A DNA stretch of 64,000 nt from an uncultured Pelagibacteraceae bacterium (GCA_902607585.1 CACLKP010000002.1:2408-66407); one strand, 5' to 3'. Counted from the first letter of the stretch, positions 1 to 12,907 are shown. Program-made: numbers and translations. Notes: a model not told the origin generated them from the sequence alone.

Positions 1-928
1 TTAATTCAGTAATATCACCTACAGGTGTTGAAGTACCATGAGTGTTAATATAATCAATTTCATTTCTTTTTGTTTTTAATGCCATCTTCATACATCTAAC
101 TGCACCTTCTCCAGAAGGCGCAACCATATCATATCCATCTGATGTAGCTCCGTAACCAGTTAATTCAGCATATATTTTTGCTCCTCTGGCTTTGGCATGT
201 TCATATTCTTCCAAAACAAGAGCTCCACCTCCTCCTGCAATAATAAATCCATCTCTATTAGCATCATAGGGTCTAGATGCTTCTTCTGGTGTGTTGTTAT
301 ATTTTGAAGATAATGCAGGCATGGCATCAAACATTCCTGAAAGAGCCCAATCTAATTCTTCTCCACCTCCAGCAAATATTATATCTTGTTTTCCATATTG
401 GATAAGTTCCATTCCATTTCCAATACAATGTCCGCTTGTTGCGCAAGCAGAACTAATTGAATAATTTACTCCTTTAATTTTATACGGTACAGCAAGCGTT
501 GCTGAACATGTGCTAGCCATTGTTCTAGGAACTATATAAGGACCCATTCTTTTTGGAGCAGAATTTCTTATGGTATCGACAGCGAAATAAACGTTTTTTA
601 TTGAAGGGCCACCAGATCCCATGACAATTCCTGTTTTTTCATTGCTTACATCTTTTTCTTCCAAGCCAGATTCTTCTATAGCTTCTTTTAAAGCAATAAA
701 ATTATAAGCAGAACCATCACCCATAAATCTTCTTATTTTTCTATCTATGTGTTTTTCTATATCTAAATTTTTAATGGCTCCAACAACTTGGCTCCTAAAA
801 TTATATTTTTTGTGTTCTTCAGAAAAAACTATTCCTGATTTTGTATTTAACAATGAATCCAGAACCTCTGTTTTATTGTTACCAATACATGAAACTATTC
901 CAACTCCTGTAACTACAACTCTTCTCAT
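1..928 (-). CDS. fabB: beta-ketoacyl-ACP synthase I, N-terminal about 309 codons; the ORF runs off the left window edge
   Basis: It is absent from the ORF track because it is open at the window edge. The reverse-strand ATG at 928-926 gives [18 protein letters not shown]..., then ...[16 protein letters not shown]... (KAS active-site Cys context) and ...[13 protein letters not shown].... An ATGA stop/start overlap links it to upstream fabA, the classical fabA-fabB pair. Confidence 0.85.
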   Translation of the reverse strand, partial: MRRVVVTGVGIVSCIGNNKTEVLDSLLNTKSGIVFSEEHKKYNFRSQVVGAIKNLDIEKHIDRKIRRFMGDGSAYNFIALKEAIEESGLEEKDVSNEKTGIVMGSGGPSIKNVYFAVDTIRNSAPKRMGPYIVPRTMASTCSATLAVPYKIKGVNYSISSACATSGHCIGNGMELIQYGKQDIIFAGGGEELDWALSGMFDAMPALSSKYNNTPEEASRPYDANRDGFIIAGGGGALVLEEYEHAKARGAKIYAELTGYGATSDGYDMVAPSGEGAVRCMKMALKTKRNEIDYINTHGTSTPVGDITEL

Positions 929-1431
929 GGTTTAAATAGCCCCACTTTTAAATTTTCTGCTTCATATATCACTTTTTTGTCGGCGAACAATATTCCATCA
1001 GCTAAACCGACAACAGCTCCTTCTTTTTTTAAAATTCTTTTCATGTCTACTTGATATTTAGTAATTTTGACATTTTTAAGTACTTCACCAGTAAACTTTA
1101 CAGAATTTACCCCAAGAGCTCTTCCTTTGCCCGGCTCTCCTATCCAACCCAAATAAAAACCTACTAATTGCCACATTGCATCTAATCCTAGACAACCAGG
1201 CATCACAGGATCTTCTTTAAAGTGACATTCAAAAAACCACATTTTTTCTTTTATATCAAGCTCTGCTTCAATTAATCCCTTATTAAATTTGCCTTTTTCG
1301 ATTTGAATATTGGTAATTCTATTAAACATCAGCATTGGCGGAGAAGGAAGCTTTGCATTTCCAGGCCCAAACAATTTTCCGTTGGCGCAATCAATTAATT
1401 CTTCATAGTTGTAGCTGTGTTTTTTTGTCAT
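925..1431 (-). CDS. fabA: 3-hydroxydecanoyl-ACP dehydratase/isomerase
   Basis: The 168-aa ORF contains [31 protein letters not shown], which closely matches the FabA active-site region as I recall it from E. coli. It sits directly upstream of fabB. Confidence 0.9.
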   Translation of the reverse strand: MTKKHSYNYEELIDCANGKLFGPGNAKLPSPPMLMFNRITNIQIEKGKFNKGLIEAELDIKEKMWFFECHFKEDPVMPGCLGLDAMWQLVGFYLGWIGEPGKGRALGVNSVKFTGEVLKNVKITKYQVDMKRILKKEGAVVGLADGILFADKKVIYEAENLKVGLFKP

Positions 1432-1484
1432 ACCAATAAACTAATACTTGATTAATATATGTTATTAAATATATTTGGTTTTAG

Positions 1485-3740
<2,256 letters not shown>

Positions 3741-3752
3741 AATTTAAATATT

Positions 3753-4226
3753 TTAATTAATTCTTCCCCATAAAGAATTTTTGTAAACCCATCCGCCAAA
3801 ACCACCAGAAGTAATTTTGCACCATCTTTCTTTACATTTTTTTATAAGAACTAATCTTCCAATTTCGAGTTTTGCAATTGGTTTTGAAAAAATAGTGGGT
3901 TTTTTATAAAGTACAGAATTATTTTTTATACATATTGCAGTTTTTTTTTTAGATAATTGTGAAGTATGTATCCAGCCTGAGTTATTCTCAAAATCTTTAA
4001 TCTTTTTCCAGGTTTCAGATTCATCTAAAATCTCTACCGGTAAATATTTCTTTTTATAAACAAATTTAATAGGATATTCAAAAGATGGCCCTTGTCTTAA
4101 ATTTACTTCATTATTTTTTAATGATAAAAAAATTATACTTTCTTTTGCAAAACATTTTGGAACAAAAAATAAGATTGAAAAAAATAAAACTAGAATAACT
4201 AAATAATGTTTATTATTTTTTTCCAT
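3753..4226 (-). CDS. secreted bacterial SH3-domain protein (two SH3b-like repeats)
   Basis: The N-terminus has a signal-like segment (KHYLVILVLFFSILFFVPKCFA). Two repeats follow with the pattern NLRQGPS...WKKI....GWIH and ...WCKI....GWV, which resembles SH3b/DUF1058 proteins of alphaproteobacteria. Confidence 0.6.
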   Translation of the reverse strand: MEKNNKHYLVILVLFFSILFFVPKCFAKESIIFLSLKNNEVNLRQGPSFEYPIKFVYKKKYLPVEILDESETWKKIKDFENNSGWIHTSQLSKKKTAICIKNNSVLYKKPTIFSKPIAKLEIGRLVLIKKCKERWCKITSGGFGGWVYKNSLWGRIN

Positions 4227-4971
4227 TGCAATAACAATCAGAGCGTTTATTAAGTTTTACTTTTCTAAATGTGAGTTTTAACGTATCTATAATTAAGATA
4301 TGACCGCAAAGCGTATCACCGATACCTAGAATCTCTTTAGCGACTTCATTTGCTTGAATACTACCAATTATCCCACCTAGGGGACCTAGCACGCCTTCAT
4401 ATTCACAATTATCAATGTCTAGGTTGGTTGGTTCGTTAGAAACAAAACACCTTAAACAAGGAGAATTTTTTTTAGAAAAATTAAAGGTATAAACATGTCC
4501 ATCAAATTTACTTATTGCTCCAGAAATTAGAGTTTTTTTATTTTTTAAACAATAGTCGTTAATTAAGAAGCGTGTACGAAAATTGTCACTTCCATCTACA
4601 ATTAAATCAAAATTTTTTGCAATTTGATTTATATTTTTTATTGTTAGTTTTTTGTTAAAAGAATGAAGTTTTATATCAGGATTAATTTCTCTTAATTTAT
4701 TAATTGCTACAGAAGATTTATTTTTTTTAAGATCATTTGTTGAAAAAATAATTTGGCGACTGAGATTAGAAATTTCAACACTATCTTTGTCAATTATTCC
4801 AATTTTACCTATACCTATTGCTGCTAAATAGATCGCGATGGGCGAACCAAGACCTCCAGCGCCAACAATCAAAACATTAGATTTTAAAAGTTTTTTTTGC
4901 CCAACTACACCAATTTTTTTCAAAATTATTTGTCTTGAATATCTGTCTATTTGTTTTTTTGTAAACTTCAT
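4213..4971 (-). CDS. ThiF/MoeB/HesA-family adenylyltransferase (E1-like)
   Basis: It has the nucleotide-binding motif VLIVGAGGLGSP, the RQI and DN..TR motifs, and a CxxC (CLRC) plus a C-terminal CYC. Its 3' end overlaps the next gene by 14 nt. Confidence 0.8.
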   Translation of the reverse strand: MKFTKKQIDRYSRQIILKKIGVVGQKKLLKSNVLIVGAGGLGSPIAIYLAAIGIGKIGIIDKDSVEISNLSRQIIFSTNDLKKNKSSVAINKLREINPDIKLHSFNKKLTIKNINQIAKNFDLIVDGSDNFRTRFLINDYCLKNKKTLISGAISKFDGHVYTFNFSKKNSPCLRCFVSNEPTNLDIDNCEYEGVLGPLGGIIGSIQANEVAKEILGIGDTLCGHILIIDTLKLTFRKVKLNKRSDCYCNGKK

Positions 4972-4980
4972 TTAAATTTT

Positions 4981-5418
4981 TTATTTACCTGTTGATCCGA
5001 AACCCCCCTTGCCTCTTATTGTTTTTGGAAGTTTTTTAACTTCTTTAAGGTTACCTTTGACTATTGGGCATAAAATCATTTGGGCTACTCTATCACCAGA
5101 TTTTACCATGAATAATTTTTTACTTAAATTTATTAAAATAATTTTTATTTCACCTCTATAATCTGCATCAACAGTACCTGGTGTATTTAAAACAGAAATA
5201 CCTTTTTTTGCTGCTAAACCCGATCTTGGTCTTATTTGTATTTCATAATTTTTAGGAATTGCAACCGCAATGCCAGTAGGAATAATTGCCGTTTTACCGG
5301 GATTGATAGTAATTTTATTTTTAACATATGCCATAAGATCCATTCCTGAAGATCCAGAAGTCTTATAGGTTGGAAGTTTGATATTTTTATCAAACTTTTT
5401 AACTAATATTCTTACCAT
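4981..5418 (-). CDS. dut: dUTP diphosphatase
   Basis: The 145-aa ORF carries dUTPase motifs: SGMDL, RPRSGLA, GTVDADYRGE and C-terminal RGKGGFGSTG. Confidence 0.92.
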   Translation of the reverse strand: MVRILVKKFDKNIKLPTYKTSGSSGMDLMAYVKNKITINPGKTAIIPTGIAVAIPKNYEIQIRPRSGLAAKKGISVLNTPGTVDADYRGEIKIILINLSKKLFMVKSGDRVAQMILCPIVKGNLKEVKKLPKTIRGKGGFGSTGK

Positions 5419-5423
5419 GTATA

Positions 5424-6629
5424 TTATTGGATAAAATTATTAATTATTTTTTTAGCTATTTTATTTGCTATATAAGATTTTAGATTTTTTTCAATTTTTT
5501 CGACTTTATCGCCATAAATTATTGAGACAGCATTATAATCAGAGTTAAATCCAATTTCTGGACTTGAAACATCATTTGCTATAATCCAATCACAATATTT
5601 TCTATTTTTTTTCTCTTTAGCAAGTTTTATAACATCGTTTGTTTCTGCAGCAAAACCAACTACTAATTTCGGTCTTTGTAAATTATTTTTTGATAAAAAT
5701 TCTAAGATATCTATATTTCTTTTAAAATTTATATTTAGGTTATCTTTTTTAATTTTTTTTGTTTCATATTTTTCAGGTTTAAAATCGGTTATGGCAGCAG
5801 TGCATACGGCTATATCTACAGGTAAGGTCTTTTTGGTTTCTGCATACATTTGATCTGCCGATTCTACTTTTATAATATTTACATTTTCAGGTTTTTTTAA
5901 AGCTGATGGTCCAGATATTAGTGTTGTTTTAACGCCAAATTTTGCGAGCGAACTAGCAATTTCATATCCTTGTTTGCCACTTGAGTTATTCGTAATAAAT
6001 CTAACAGGATCTATATATTCTTTTGTTGGCCCTGCAGTAACTAGTGCTTTTAAATTTTTATTTTTTACAATATTCCGATCAGAAAAATAATTTTTTATAA
6101 ATTCATATATTTGATTTGGCGATGACATTTTGCCTTCACCATATTCTCCACATGCCATTTCACCAGTTGATGGTCCTACAGACAAATATCCAAAATCCAG
6201 TAACTTGTTGATATTACTTTTGGTTGATTTGTGAAGCCACATTCTAACATTCATTGCAGGGGCTAATATTATTTGTTTATTTGATGCCAATATGAGTGTA
6301 GATGCTAAGTCGTCAGCTTTCCCAGAGGCAAGCTTTGCAATTGAGTTTGCGGTAACTGGAGCAAATAAAATTATATCACACCACCTCGATAATGATATGT
6401 GGTCCATTTCTGCTTCGTTCTCGCTGTCAAAAATATCTTGATAGACTTTATTTTGAGATAATGATGTAACTGATAAAGGAGTAACAAATTTTTTTCCAGA
6501 TTCTGTTAGTACAACTTTTATTTCGCATTCTTGTTTTTTTAATAAACGAATTAAATCAAGCGATTTGTACGCAGCGATTCCTCCACCTATAATTAAAATA
6601 ATTTTTTTCTTATTAAGTATTTTATCCAT
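5424..6629 (-). CDS. coaBC: bifunctional phosphopantothenoylcysteine decarboxylase / phosphopantothenate-cysteine ligase
   Basis: The 401-aa ORF has an N-terminal flavoprotein domain (GGGIAAYK, PAMN..MW) and a C-terminal CoaB domain (VTAGPT.E.IDPVRFITN.SSGK). Confidence 0.92.
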   Translation of the reverse strand: MDKILNKKKIILIIGGGIAAYKSLDLIRLLKKQECEIKVVLTESGKKFVTPLSVTSLSQNKVYQDIFDSENEAEMDHISLSRWCDIILFAPVTANSIAKLASGKADDLASTLILASNKQIILAPAMNVRMWLHKSTKSNINKLLDFGYLSVGPSTGEMACGEYGEGKMSSPNQIYEFIKNYFSDRNIVKNKNLKALVTAGPTKEYIDPVRFITNNSSGKQGYEIASSLAKFGVKTTLISGPSALKKPENVNIIKVESADQMYAETKKTLPVDIAVCTAAITDFKPEKYETKKIKKDNLNINFKRNIDILEFLSKNNLQRPKLVVGFAAETNDVIKLAKEKKNRKYCDWIIANDVSSPEIGFNSDYNAVSIIYGDKVEKIEKNLKSYIANKIAKKIINNFIQ

Positions 6630-6645
6630 GTTTTCTTCAACTCAC

Positions 6646-8214
6646 TTATTTGAATACTATGAGAACAAAAATTACAAGTACTAAAACTCCCCCTATCATC
6701 TTGTTGCGCATTAATTCTAGCTTTAATTTTTCTTCTCTTAAGCTTTTATAAGCCAATGTGTTCGGATTAAATTTACCTTCTGCTATTAAAGTCATAACAT
6801 CATTTGCTCTGTCCATAATGATAGGTAAATCTGGCAATCTTTTAAGCACTTCAGAGGCCTCATTCACAAATTCGTTTGCTTTATTCATTGGATCTTTAAT
6901 TTCTCTTAGCCAGTTTTCTAAGATTGGTCTCGATATACTCCATATATTAGTATCAGGATCAAGTTTTCTAGCAACTCCTTCGACAACAACCATAGTTTTT
7001 TGTAAAAGCAATAATTGTATCTGAGTTTGCATATTGAATTTTTCTGTAATTTCGAAAAGTTGGCTTAATAATTTACCACCAGATATATTTTTTACAGATT
7101 GTCCAAAAATTGGTTCCCCTATAGAACGTAAAGCTTGTGCAAATTCATCTTTTGAAACATTTTTTGAAACTAATCCTGCCAGAAAATGTACCTCAGCCAC
7201 TTTTTTATAATCTCGTTTAATAAATCCATAAAGTATCTCAGCTAAATATTTTCTATTATTTTTATCGAGTCTACCCATTATTCCAAAATCGACCGGCACA
7301 ATATTGCTATTCTTAGTAACAAATAAATTTCCTTGGTGCATATCTGCATGGAAAAAGCCATCTCTGATCGCATGTCTTAAAAAATGTTGAATGATATCTT
7401 TTGCAAGTTTTTTTACATCTATATTTAATGATTTCAAATTTTCAACTTCTCTTATTGAAATTCCATCTACTTTTTCTAAACAAAGAACTTTTTTACTTGT
7501 CTGATTCCAATAAATTTTTGGAACTTTAAACCCAACATCATTTTTTGTATTTTCGTAAAGTTCATTAGCCGCTGCGGCTTCAAATCTAAGGTCCATTTCA
7601 ACATTTGTGATTTCACGTAATAGCTGCACAACTTCAACTAATTTTAGTCTTTTAGTTTTTTTTATCAGACTTTCAATTATGTAAGCTAGAAATATTAAAG
7701 CGTCTAATTCTTCGTTAAATATTTTTTCTATATTTGGTCGTAAAATTTTAATCGCAACTTCTTTTTTTTCAGTAGAATCATTAATTGCAGCAAAGTGGAC
7801 TTGTGCAATAGAAGCGGCTGCTATTGAATCTGAAAAATTTGAAATTTTATCAAAATTTTCTTTTTCGAGTTCTTTTCTTAATATACTTTTTGCCTCCTCT
7901 AATTGAAACGGAGGTAATTTATCTTGAAGTTTTTCTAATTCTTTTGCAACATTTTCACCAATTATATCTGGTCTGGTTGCCAAGAATTGTCCTAATTTTA
8001 TAAAGGTAGTTCCCATACCTTGAAGTGCATCGCATAATTTTACTCCTGAAGATAAATTATTATTATTTTTTTTTGTTTTAAAACTGAAACCAATTATAGA
8101 AAAAAAAATTTTAATTGTTATGGGTGGATTATAAATTTCATAAATAGATGATATAGCACCGGATGTCGATAATTTTCGTCCAATTTTGAAAAGCATAAAT
8201 AATTTTTTAAACAT
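6646..8214 (-). CDS. ubiB: ubiquinone biosynthesis ABC1/UbiB-family kinase-like protein
   Basis: The 522-aa ORF has ABC1 motifs (AAASIAQVH, VAIKILRP, FHADMHQGN) and a C-terminal TM segment. It sits next to ubiE, as in other proteobacteria. Confidence 0.88.
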   Translation of the reverse strand: MFKKLFMLFKIGRKLSTSGAISSIYEIYNPPITIKIFFSIIGFSFKTKKNNNNLSSGVKLCDALQGMGTTFIKLGQFLATRPDIIGENVAKELEKLQDKLPPFQLEEAKSILRKELEKENFDKISNFSDSIAAASIAQVHFAAINDSTEKKEVAIKILRPNIEKIFNEELDALIFLAYIIESLIKKTKRLKLVEVVQLLREITNVEMDLRFEAAAANELYENTKNDVGFKVPKIYWNQTSKKVLCLEKVDGISIREVENLKSLNIDVKKLAKDIIQHFLRHAIRDGFFHADMHQGNLFVTKNSNIVPVDFGIMGRLDKNNRKYLAEILYGFIKRDYKKVAEVHFLAGLVSKNVSKDEFAQALRSIGEPIFGQSVKNISGGKLLSQLFEITEKFNMQTQIQLLLLQKTMVVVEGVARKLDPDTNIWSISRPILENWLREIKDPMNKANEFVNEASEVLKRLPDLPIIMDRANDVMTLIAEGKFNPNTLAYKSLREEKLKLELMRNKMIGGVLVLVIFVLIVFK

Positions 8215-8216
8215 TT

Positions 8217-8921
8217 TTAAACTTTCCAGGCTGAATGAATAGCTACAATTCCGCCACTTAAATTTCTATAAGATATGTTCATAAAATTTTGTTTTTTAAT
8301 TTTCTCAAAAAATTCATCCTGAGAATGAAATTCTTCAATACTAGAAATCAAATATTCATATGGTTCTGATTTGCCTACCACGAATTTACCAATTTGAGGT
8401 ATTGATTTAGAATAAATTTTGTAAAATCTATTTAAAATTTCGTTTTTTACTTTTGAAAATTCTAGGCACAAGAATCTGCCACCAGGCTTCAGAACACGAT
8501 GAGCTTCTTTAAGAGCATTATTTATATTACTAACATTTCTAATACCAAAACTAATTGTATAATAATCAAAATGATTATTTTTAAATGGCAGTTCTTCAGC
8601 ACTATTACAGAACCATTTAACGTTAGCATCTTTTTTAATTTTTTTTCTATTTAGATTGAGCATCTCTTTATTTTCATCTACACAATACACAGTACCTTTA
8701 TAATTAATTTTATTTAAATATAATTTTGCTATATCACCAGTACCGGAAGCTACGTCAATCAAAGTTGTATTTTCTTGTGGATTTAACCAATTGATAAAGT
8801 TTTTTTTCCAAAGTCTATGAATGCCCAAAGACATCAAATCATTCATAAGATCATATTTATCAAAAACATCTTGAAAAACTTTAGTTACTAGTCTTTCATT
8901 ATTTTTATGGTGGGTTTTCAT
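8217..8921 (-). CDS. ubiE: demethylmenaquinone/ubiquinone C-methyltransferase
   Basis: The 234-aa ORF has YDLMND, the SAM-binding DVASGTGD, and the LKPGGRF..LEFS motifs. Confidence 0.92.
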   Translation of the reverse strand: MKTHHKNNERLVTKVFQDVFDKYDLMNDLMSLGIHRLWKKNFINWLNPQENTTLIDVASGTGDIAKLYLNKINYKGTVYCVDENKEMLNLNRKKIKKDANVKWFCNSAEELPFKNNHFDYYTISFGIRNVSNINNALKEAHRVLKPGGRFLCLEFSKVKNEILNRFYKIYSKSIPQIGKFVVGKSEPYEYLISSIEEFHSQDEFFEKIKKQNFMNISYRNLSGGIVAIHSAWKV

Positions 8922-8973
8922 TTAAATTAATAGATCATATGTTAAGTTTTTTCACAATATATATAATTAGATT

Positions 8974-9837
8974 ATGCCAGAACTTCCAGAAATAGAGATC
9001 GTCAAAAGATCTTTATTTAAAATGATAAATAAAGCGAAAATTATTGATATTAAAATTAATAATAAAAATTTACGCTATAAAATACCTAATACATTTTCTA
9101 AAAATTTGATTGGTGAGAAGATATTAAGGATTTCTAGAAGATCCAAATATCTAATTTTTCATTTTAAAAAAAAATTACTTTTAGCACATCTGGGCATGAG
9201 TGGAAAATTATTACTTATGAGAAGTTGTGATAACACAATATTCAAAACAAGTTTTTACTATGATTTGAATATATTGCGAAATCATAATCATATTTATTTT
9301 ATTTTAAATAATGGTTTGGTGTTAATCTACAACGATGTTAGAAGATTTGGTTTTTTTAAATTGTATAATACTACACAATTAAACAAAATTATATTTTTAA
9401 AAAAACTTGGTCTAGAACCCTTTAATAGAACATTTGGTGTAAAATATTTTAAAAAATTTGTTCAAAATAGAAAAAAAAACATTAAAAATTTATTAATGGA
9501 TCAAACTTTCGTGAGTGGTCTTGGAAACATATATGTAAATGAAGCTTTGTATATGTCCAAAATTAAACCATTGAGAATATGTAAAAGTTTAAATAAAAAT
9601 GAAATGAAAAATTTGATTTTCAATATTAAAAAAATTTTAAAATTTTCAATTTCCAAGGGAGGTTCTTCTGTAAGGGATTTTCAAAATACGCTCGGTAAGA
9701 GTGGTACTTTTCAGCAGTTTTTTCATGTGTATGGACAAAAAAATAAAAATTGTTCCCGTATTTCGTGTAAAGGAAAAATAAAAAAAATCACAATATCTAA
9801 TAGATCATCTTTTTATTGTAATAGATGTCAAATTTAG
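8974..9837 (+). CDS. mutM: formamidopyrimidine-DNA glycosylase
   Basis: It starts MPELPEIE (catalytic Pro2/Glu3), has an H2TH region (GLGNIY.NEAL) and ends in a CxxC...CxxC zinc finger. Confidence 0.9.
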   Translation: MPELPEIEIVKRSLFKMINKAKIIDIKINNKNLRYKIPNTFSKNLIGEKILRISRRSKYLIFHFKKKLLLAHLGMSGKLLLMRSCDNTIFKTSFYYDLNILRNHNHIYFILNNGLVLIYNDVRRFGFFKLYNTTQLNKIIFLKKLGLEPFNRTFGVKYFKKFVQNRKKNIKNLLMDQTFVSGLGNIYVNEALYMSKIKPLRICKSLNKNEMKNLIFNIKKILKFSISKGGSSVRDFQNTLGKSGTFQQFFHVYGQKNKNCSRISCKGKIKKITISNRSSFYCNRCQI

Positions 9838-9844
9838 ATTGGTA

Positions 9845-9873
9845 TTGACCGATATAATGCAAAAAGATATATA
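9845..9873 (+). promoter_or_regulatory. candidate sigma70 promoter for rpsT (TTGACC-17 nt-TATATA)
   Basis: TTGACC lies at 9845-9850, followed by a 17-nt spacer and TATATA at 9868-9873. This would place the TSS about 5 nt before the rpsT ATG (9885), a near-leaderless mRNA. AT-rich background makes -10-like hexamers common. Confidence 0.35.
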
Positions 9874-9884
9874 TTCAGCACTTT

Positions 9885-10154
9885 ATGCCAAATACAAAAT
9901 CAGCGATAAGGCGCACAAAACGAACTCAGCAACAAGCCTTAGTAAATAAAATAAGAAAAAGTAAATATAAATCTGCAAATAAAAAAATGTCAATTTATCT
10001 TGAAACGGGAAAAATGAAAGAAGCTACAAATTTTCTTCCAGAATTCCACTCTCAATTGATGAAAATAGCGAAAACTGGAGCAGTTAGTAAAAAAACAGCT
10101 TCAAGGAAAATTTCTAGAGTTACTAAAAAAATTAATAACGCAAAAAAAAAATAA
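9885..10154 (+). CDS. rpsT: 30S ribosomal protein S20
   Basis: The 89-aa basic protein starts MPNTKSAIRR. It lies directly upstream of dnaA, as in many alphaproteobacteria. Confidence 0.9.
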   Translation: MPNTKSAIRRTKRTQQQALVNKIRKSKYKSANKKMSIYLETGKMKEATNFLPEFHSQLMKIAKTGAVSKKTASRKISRVTKKINNAKKK

Positions 10155-10393
10155 ATTAGTCAATTAAAAGTTGATAAACCTATCAATACAAGTTTCTGAC
10201 GAAACTAAATAAAAATTCATTTTAAAAAATAAATCCACATCTAGTGTAATAATATTTGAAGTTGCATTTATACAATAAAAAAAAATTTTTAAATTTTTAA
10301 TACAACTCAAAAAAAATTTTACCAATACAACCCACGACTATTGCAAGGTCGAGGAAAAAAAAATAAAACTCTTTAATCTAAATTAAATTCTTT

Positions 10394-11782
10394 ATGACAG
10401 ATATATCATCTAAACAGACTACAGATATTCTCTTAATAAAAGAGGAGAACCTACTTAATTGGAATGAGGTCCTTGAAAAATTTAAAAAAACTTTTGGAAG
10501 TGATGTTTATGAAAGTTGGATAAAAAATGCAAATCTAGAAAAAGAATTTAATCATTATGTTGTTTTATCAGTTCCTACCAGATTTGTAAGAGATTGGATA
10601 GTTTCTAGATATGCTGACAAAATGTTAGATGTAATTAAAACATTTAAAAAAAGTATTCAGAGACTCGAATTTTTAATTGAAGAAACTCAGGAAAAATCTG
10701 ATCAATTAGTTTTTTCAAAAAAAAATAAAATAACATCTATAGAAAATTCCTTATTGAATTATAATAGATTTAGTCCAAATAATAGATTTGATAATTTCAT
10801 AGTTGGCGAGAGTAATGAGCTTGCATATACAGCAGCTAGAAAAGTATGTATCCAGTCTGCACATTATAACCCACTATTTATTTATAGTAACGTCGGAATG
10901 GGGAAAACTCATTTATTGAATGCTATAGGATTAGAAGTTAGAAATTCAAAAAATGTAATGTTTATATCTGCGGAAAGATTCATGTATCATTTTATTAGAT
11001 CCATAAAAAAAAATGAAATGGTTAAATTTAAAGATTTTTTTAGATCGGCTAACATTTTTATTATTGATGATATTCAGTTTGTGAACGGAAAAGAAGCTAT
11101 GCAAGAAGAATTTTTTCATACTTTTAATGCTCTAATTGAAAGAGGTTCGCAAATAGTTATATCGGCAGATAGGCCACCTTCAAATCTTGATAGAATACAG
11201 GAAAGAATCAGATCCCGTATGTCGGGAGGTTTGGTAATTGATATTCAGCCACCTGACTTAGATTTAAGAATAAAAATATTAAAAAGTAAATATGAAGAAA
11301 TTAAAACAAATTTTAAAGAAAATTATGATGTAAGTGAAGATATTTTCAAATTTTTAGCATCTGAAGTCACATCTAGTATTAGAGAAATGGTTGGAGCATT
11401 AAATCGAGTTTTAGCTTTTAGTAAAATTAATACAAAATCTCCAAATATTTATGAATGTAAAAGAATTTTGAAAGACTTTATAAATTTTAACAACAAGTCA
11501 ATAAATGTGGAGCTTATTCAAAAATTAGTCGCATCACATTTTAATCTAAATATTCAGGAATTATTATCACCAAGAAGATCAAGATCATTAGCCAGACCAA
11601 GGCAAATAGCTATGTATCTAGCTAAACAGCATACAACAAATTCTTTACCAGATATTGGTAGAAAATTTTCTAATCGGGATCACACTACTGTAATTCATGC
11701 CGTAAAAAAAATTAGTGAGTTAATTAAAAAAGATAACGATATAAGAGAAAATGTAAACGAATTAAAAAAAAAATTACTTTAA
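10394..11782 (+). CDS. dnaA: chromosomal replication initiator protein DnaA
   Basis: The 462-aa ORF has Walker A (GNVGMGKTHLL), DDIQF, the box VII region, and the C-terminal DNA-binding helix (FSNRDHTTVIHAVKKI). Confidence 0.96.
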   Translation: MTDISSKQTTDILLIKEENLLNWNEVLEKFKKTFGSDVYESWIKNANLEKEFNHYVVLSVPTRFVRDWIVSRYADKMLDVIKTFKKSIQRLEFLIEETQEKSDQLVFSKKNKITSIENSLLNYNRFSPNNRFDNFIVGESNELAYTAARKVCIQSAHYNPLFIYSNVGMGKTHLLNAIGLEVRNSKNVMFISAERFMYHFIRSIKKNEMVKFKDFFRSANIFIIDDIQFVNGKEAMQEEFFHTFNALIERGSQIVISADRPPSNLDRIQERIRSRMSGGLVIDIQPPDLDLRIKILKSKYEEIKTNFKENYDVSEDIFKFLASEVTSSIREMVGALNRVLAFSKINTKSPNIYECKRILKDFINFNNKSINVELIQKLVASHFNLNIQELLSPRRSRSLARPRQIAMYLAKQHTTNSLPDIGRKFSNRDHTTVIHAVKKISELIKKDNDIRENVNELKKKLL

Positions 11783-11791
11783 AATTTTAAA

Positions 11792-12907
11792 ATGGAATTT
11801 ACTATTGACAGAGATATTTTTTTAAGATCCCTCGGCCACGCCAATGGAATTATAGAAAAAAAAACAACATTACCAATTTTATCAAACATACTGATAGAGG
11901 CAAAAGCTTCAAAAATTAAAATTACTGCAACAGATTTAGACATAATTTATTTTGAAGAAATGGTACCTCAAGAGGTTAAAAAAGAGGGCTCAACTACAAC
12001 TTCAGCAAGTATTCTTTATGATATATTAAGAAAATTACAGTCTAATGCCAAAGTCGAACTTACTTTACTTACCGCAAATAAATTAAAGTTAGTTTCACAA
12101 AATTCTAAATTTAACTTATTATGCTTACCTTCAAATAATTTTCCACTATTAGAAGAAGATAATAACCAACAAAAATTTGAAATTTCTCCTCAAAAGTTAC
12201 TAAAACTTTTAAATAAAACAAAAATTTCAATCTCAAACGATGAAACCAGACACTATCTTAATGGAATTTATTTACATAAAACGAAGTTAGAAAATAAATC
12301 ATTTTTATGTGGTGTCGCAACAGATAGCCATAGACTTTCCTCTAGTAGTATAGAAATTGATTCAAATACTCATATTGAATCAATCATTCTACCAAAAAAA
12401 ACAATTTTTCAGTTAATTTCTCTATTAGAACAATGCAACAATCCTATAAAAATATCAAATAACAAATCAAAAATTAAATTTGAAATGGAGACGGGTGTAT
12501 TAATTTCTAAAGTTATTGATGGAAGATTTCCTGATTATAATAAAGTTATTCCAAAAGATAATGATAAAATCTTAGAGATCAAATTAAATGAATTCAAGAA
12601 TTCCATAGAAAGAGTTACTACCGTTTCTATAGATCGTAAAGAAGGTTTGAAAATGTTTATATTTAAAGATTCTGTGCAATTATCAGTTAATAATCCTAAT
12701 AGCGGTGAAGGCGTTGAAAATATTAGTGCAAAATTTAACTCTAGTGATCTAAATATAAGTTTTAATAGCAGGTATCTTACGGATATTGCTTCTCAGATTG
12801 AAAACGAAACAATTATTATTTATTTAAAAGATCCAGGTTCACCGGTACTCATTAGAGGTTTTTCAGATAAAAATAGTTTTCATGTTGTTATGCCAATGAA
12901 AATTTGA
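11792..12907 (+). CDS. dnaN: DNA polymerase III beta sliding clamp
   Basis: The 371-aa ORF starts MEFTIDRD..L, contains the TDSHRL motif and ends VVMPMKI. It follows dnaA. Confidence 0.95.
   Translation: MEFTIDRDIFLRSLGHANGIIEKKTTLPILSNILIEAKASKIKITATDLDIIYFEEMVPQEVKKEGSTTTSASILYDILRKLQSNAKVELTLLTANKLKLVSQNSKFNLLCLPSNNFPLLEEDNNQQKFEISPQKLLKLLNKTKISISNDETRHYLNGIYLHKTKLENKSFLCGVATDSHRLSSSSIEIDSNTHIESIILPKKTIFQLISLLEQCNNPIKISNNKSKIKFEMETGVLISKVIDGRFPDYNKVIPKDNDKILEIKLNEFKNSIERVTTVSIDRKEGLKMFIFKDSVQLSVNNPNSGEGVENISAKFNSSDLNISFNSRYLTDIASQIENETIIIYLKDPGSPVLIRGFSDKNSFHVVMPMKI

Noticed and set aside
747-935. A 62-aa plus-strand ORF from the track.
   Set aside because: It lies entirely antisense to the well-supported fabB coding sequence. 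It is low-complexity with no recognisable motif, so it is a shadow ORF.
10155-10393. The possibility that the region upstream of dnaA is the replication origin.
   Set aside because: It has only one 7/9 DnaA-box-like site and no cluster of boxes, and I could not identify a clear DUE arrangement. In alphaproteobacteria oriC is usually elsewhere (hemE/parAB region). I kept it only as a probable dnaA promoter region.
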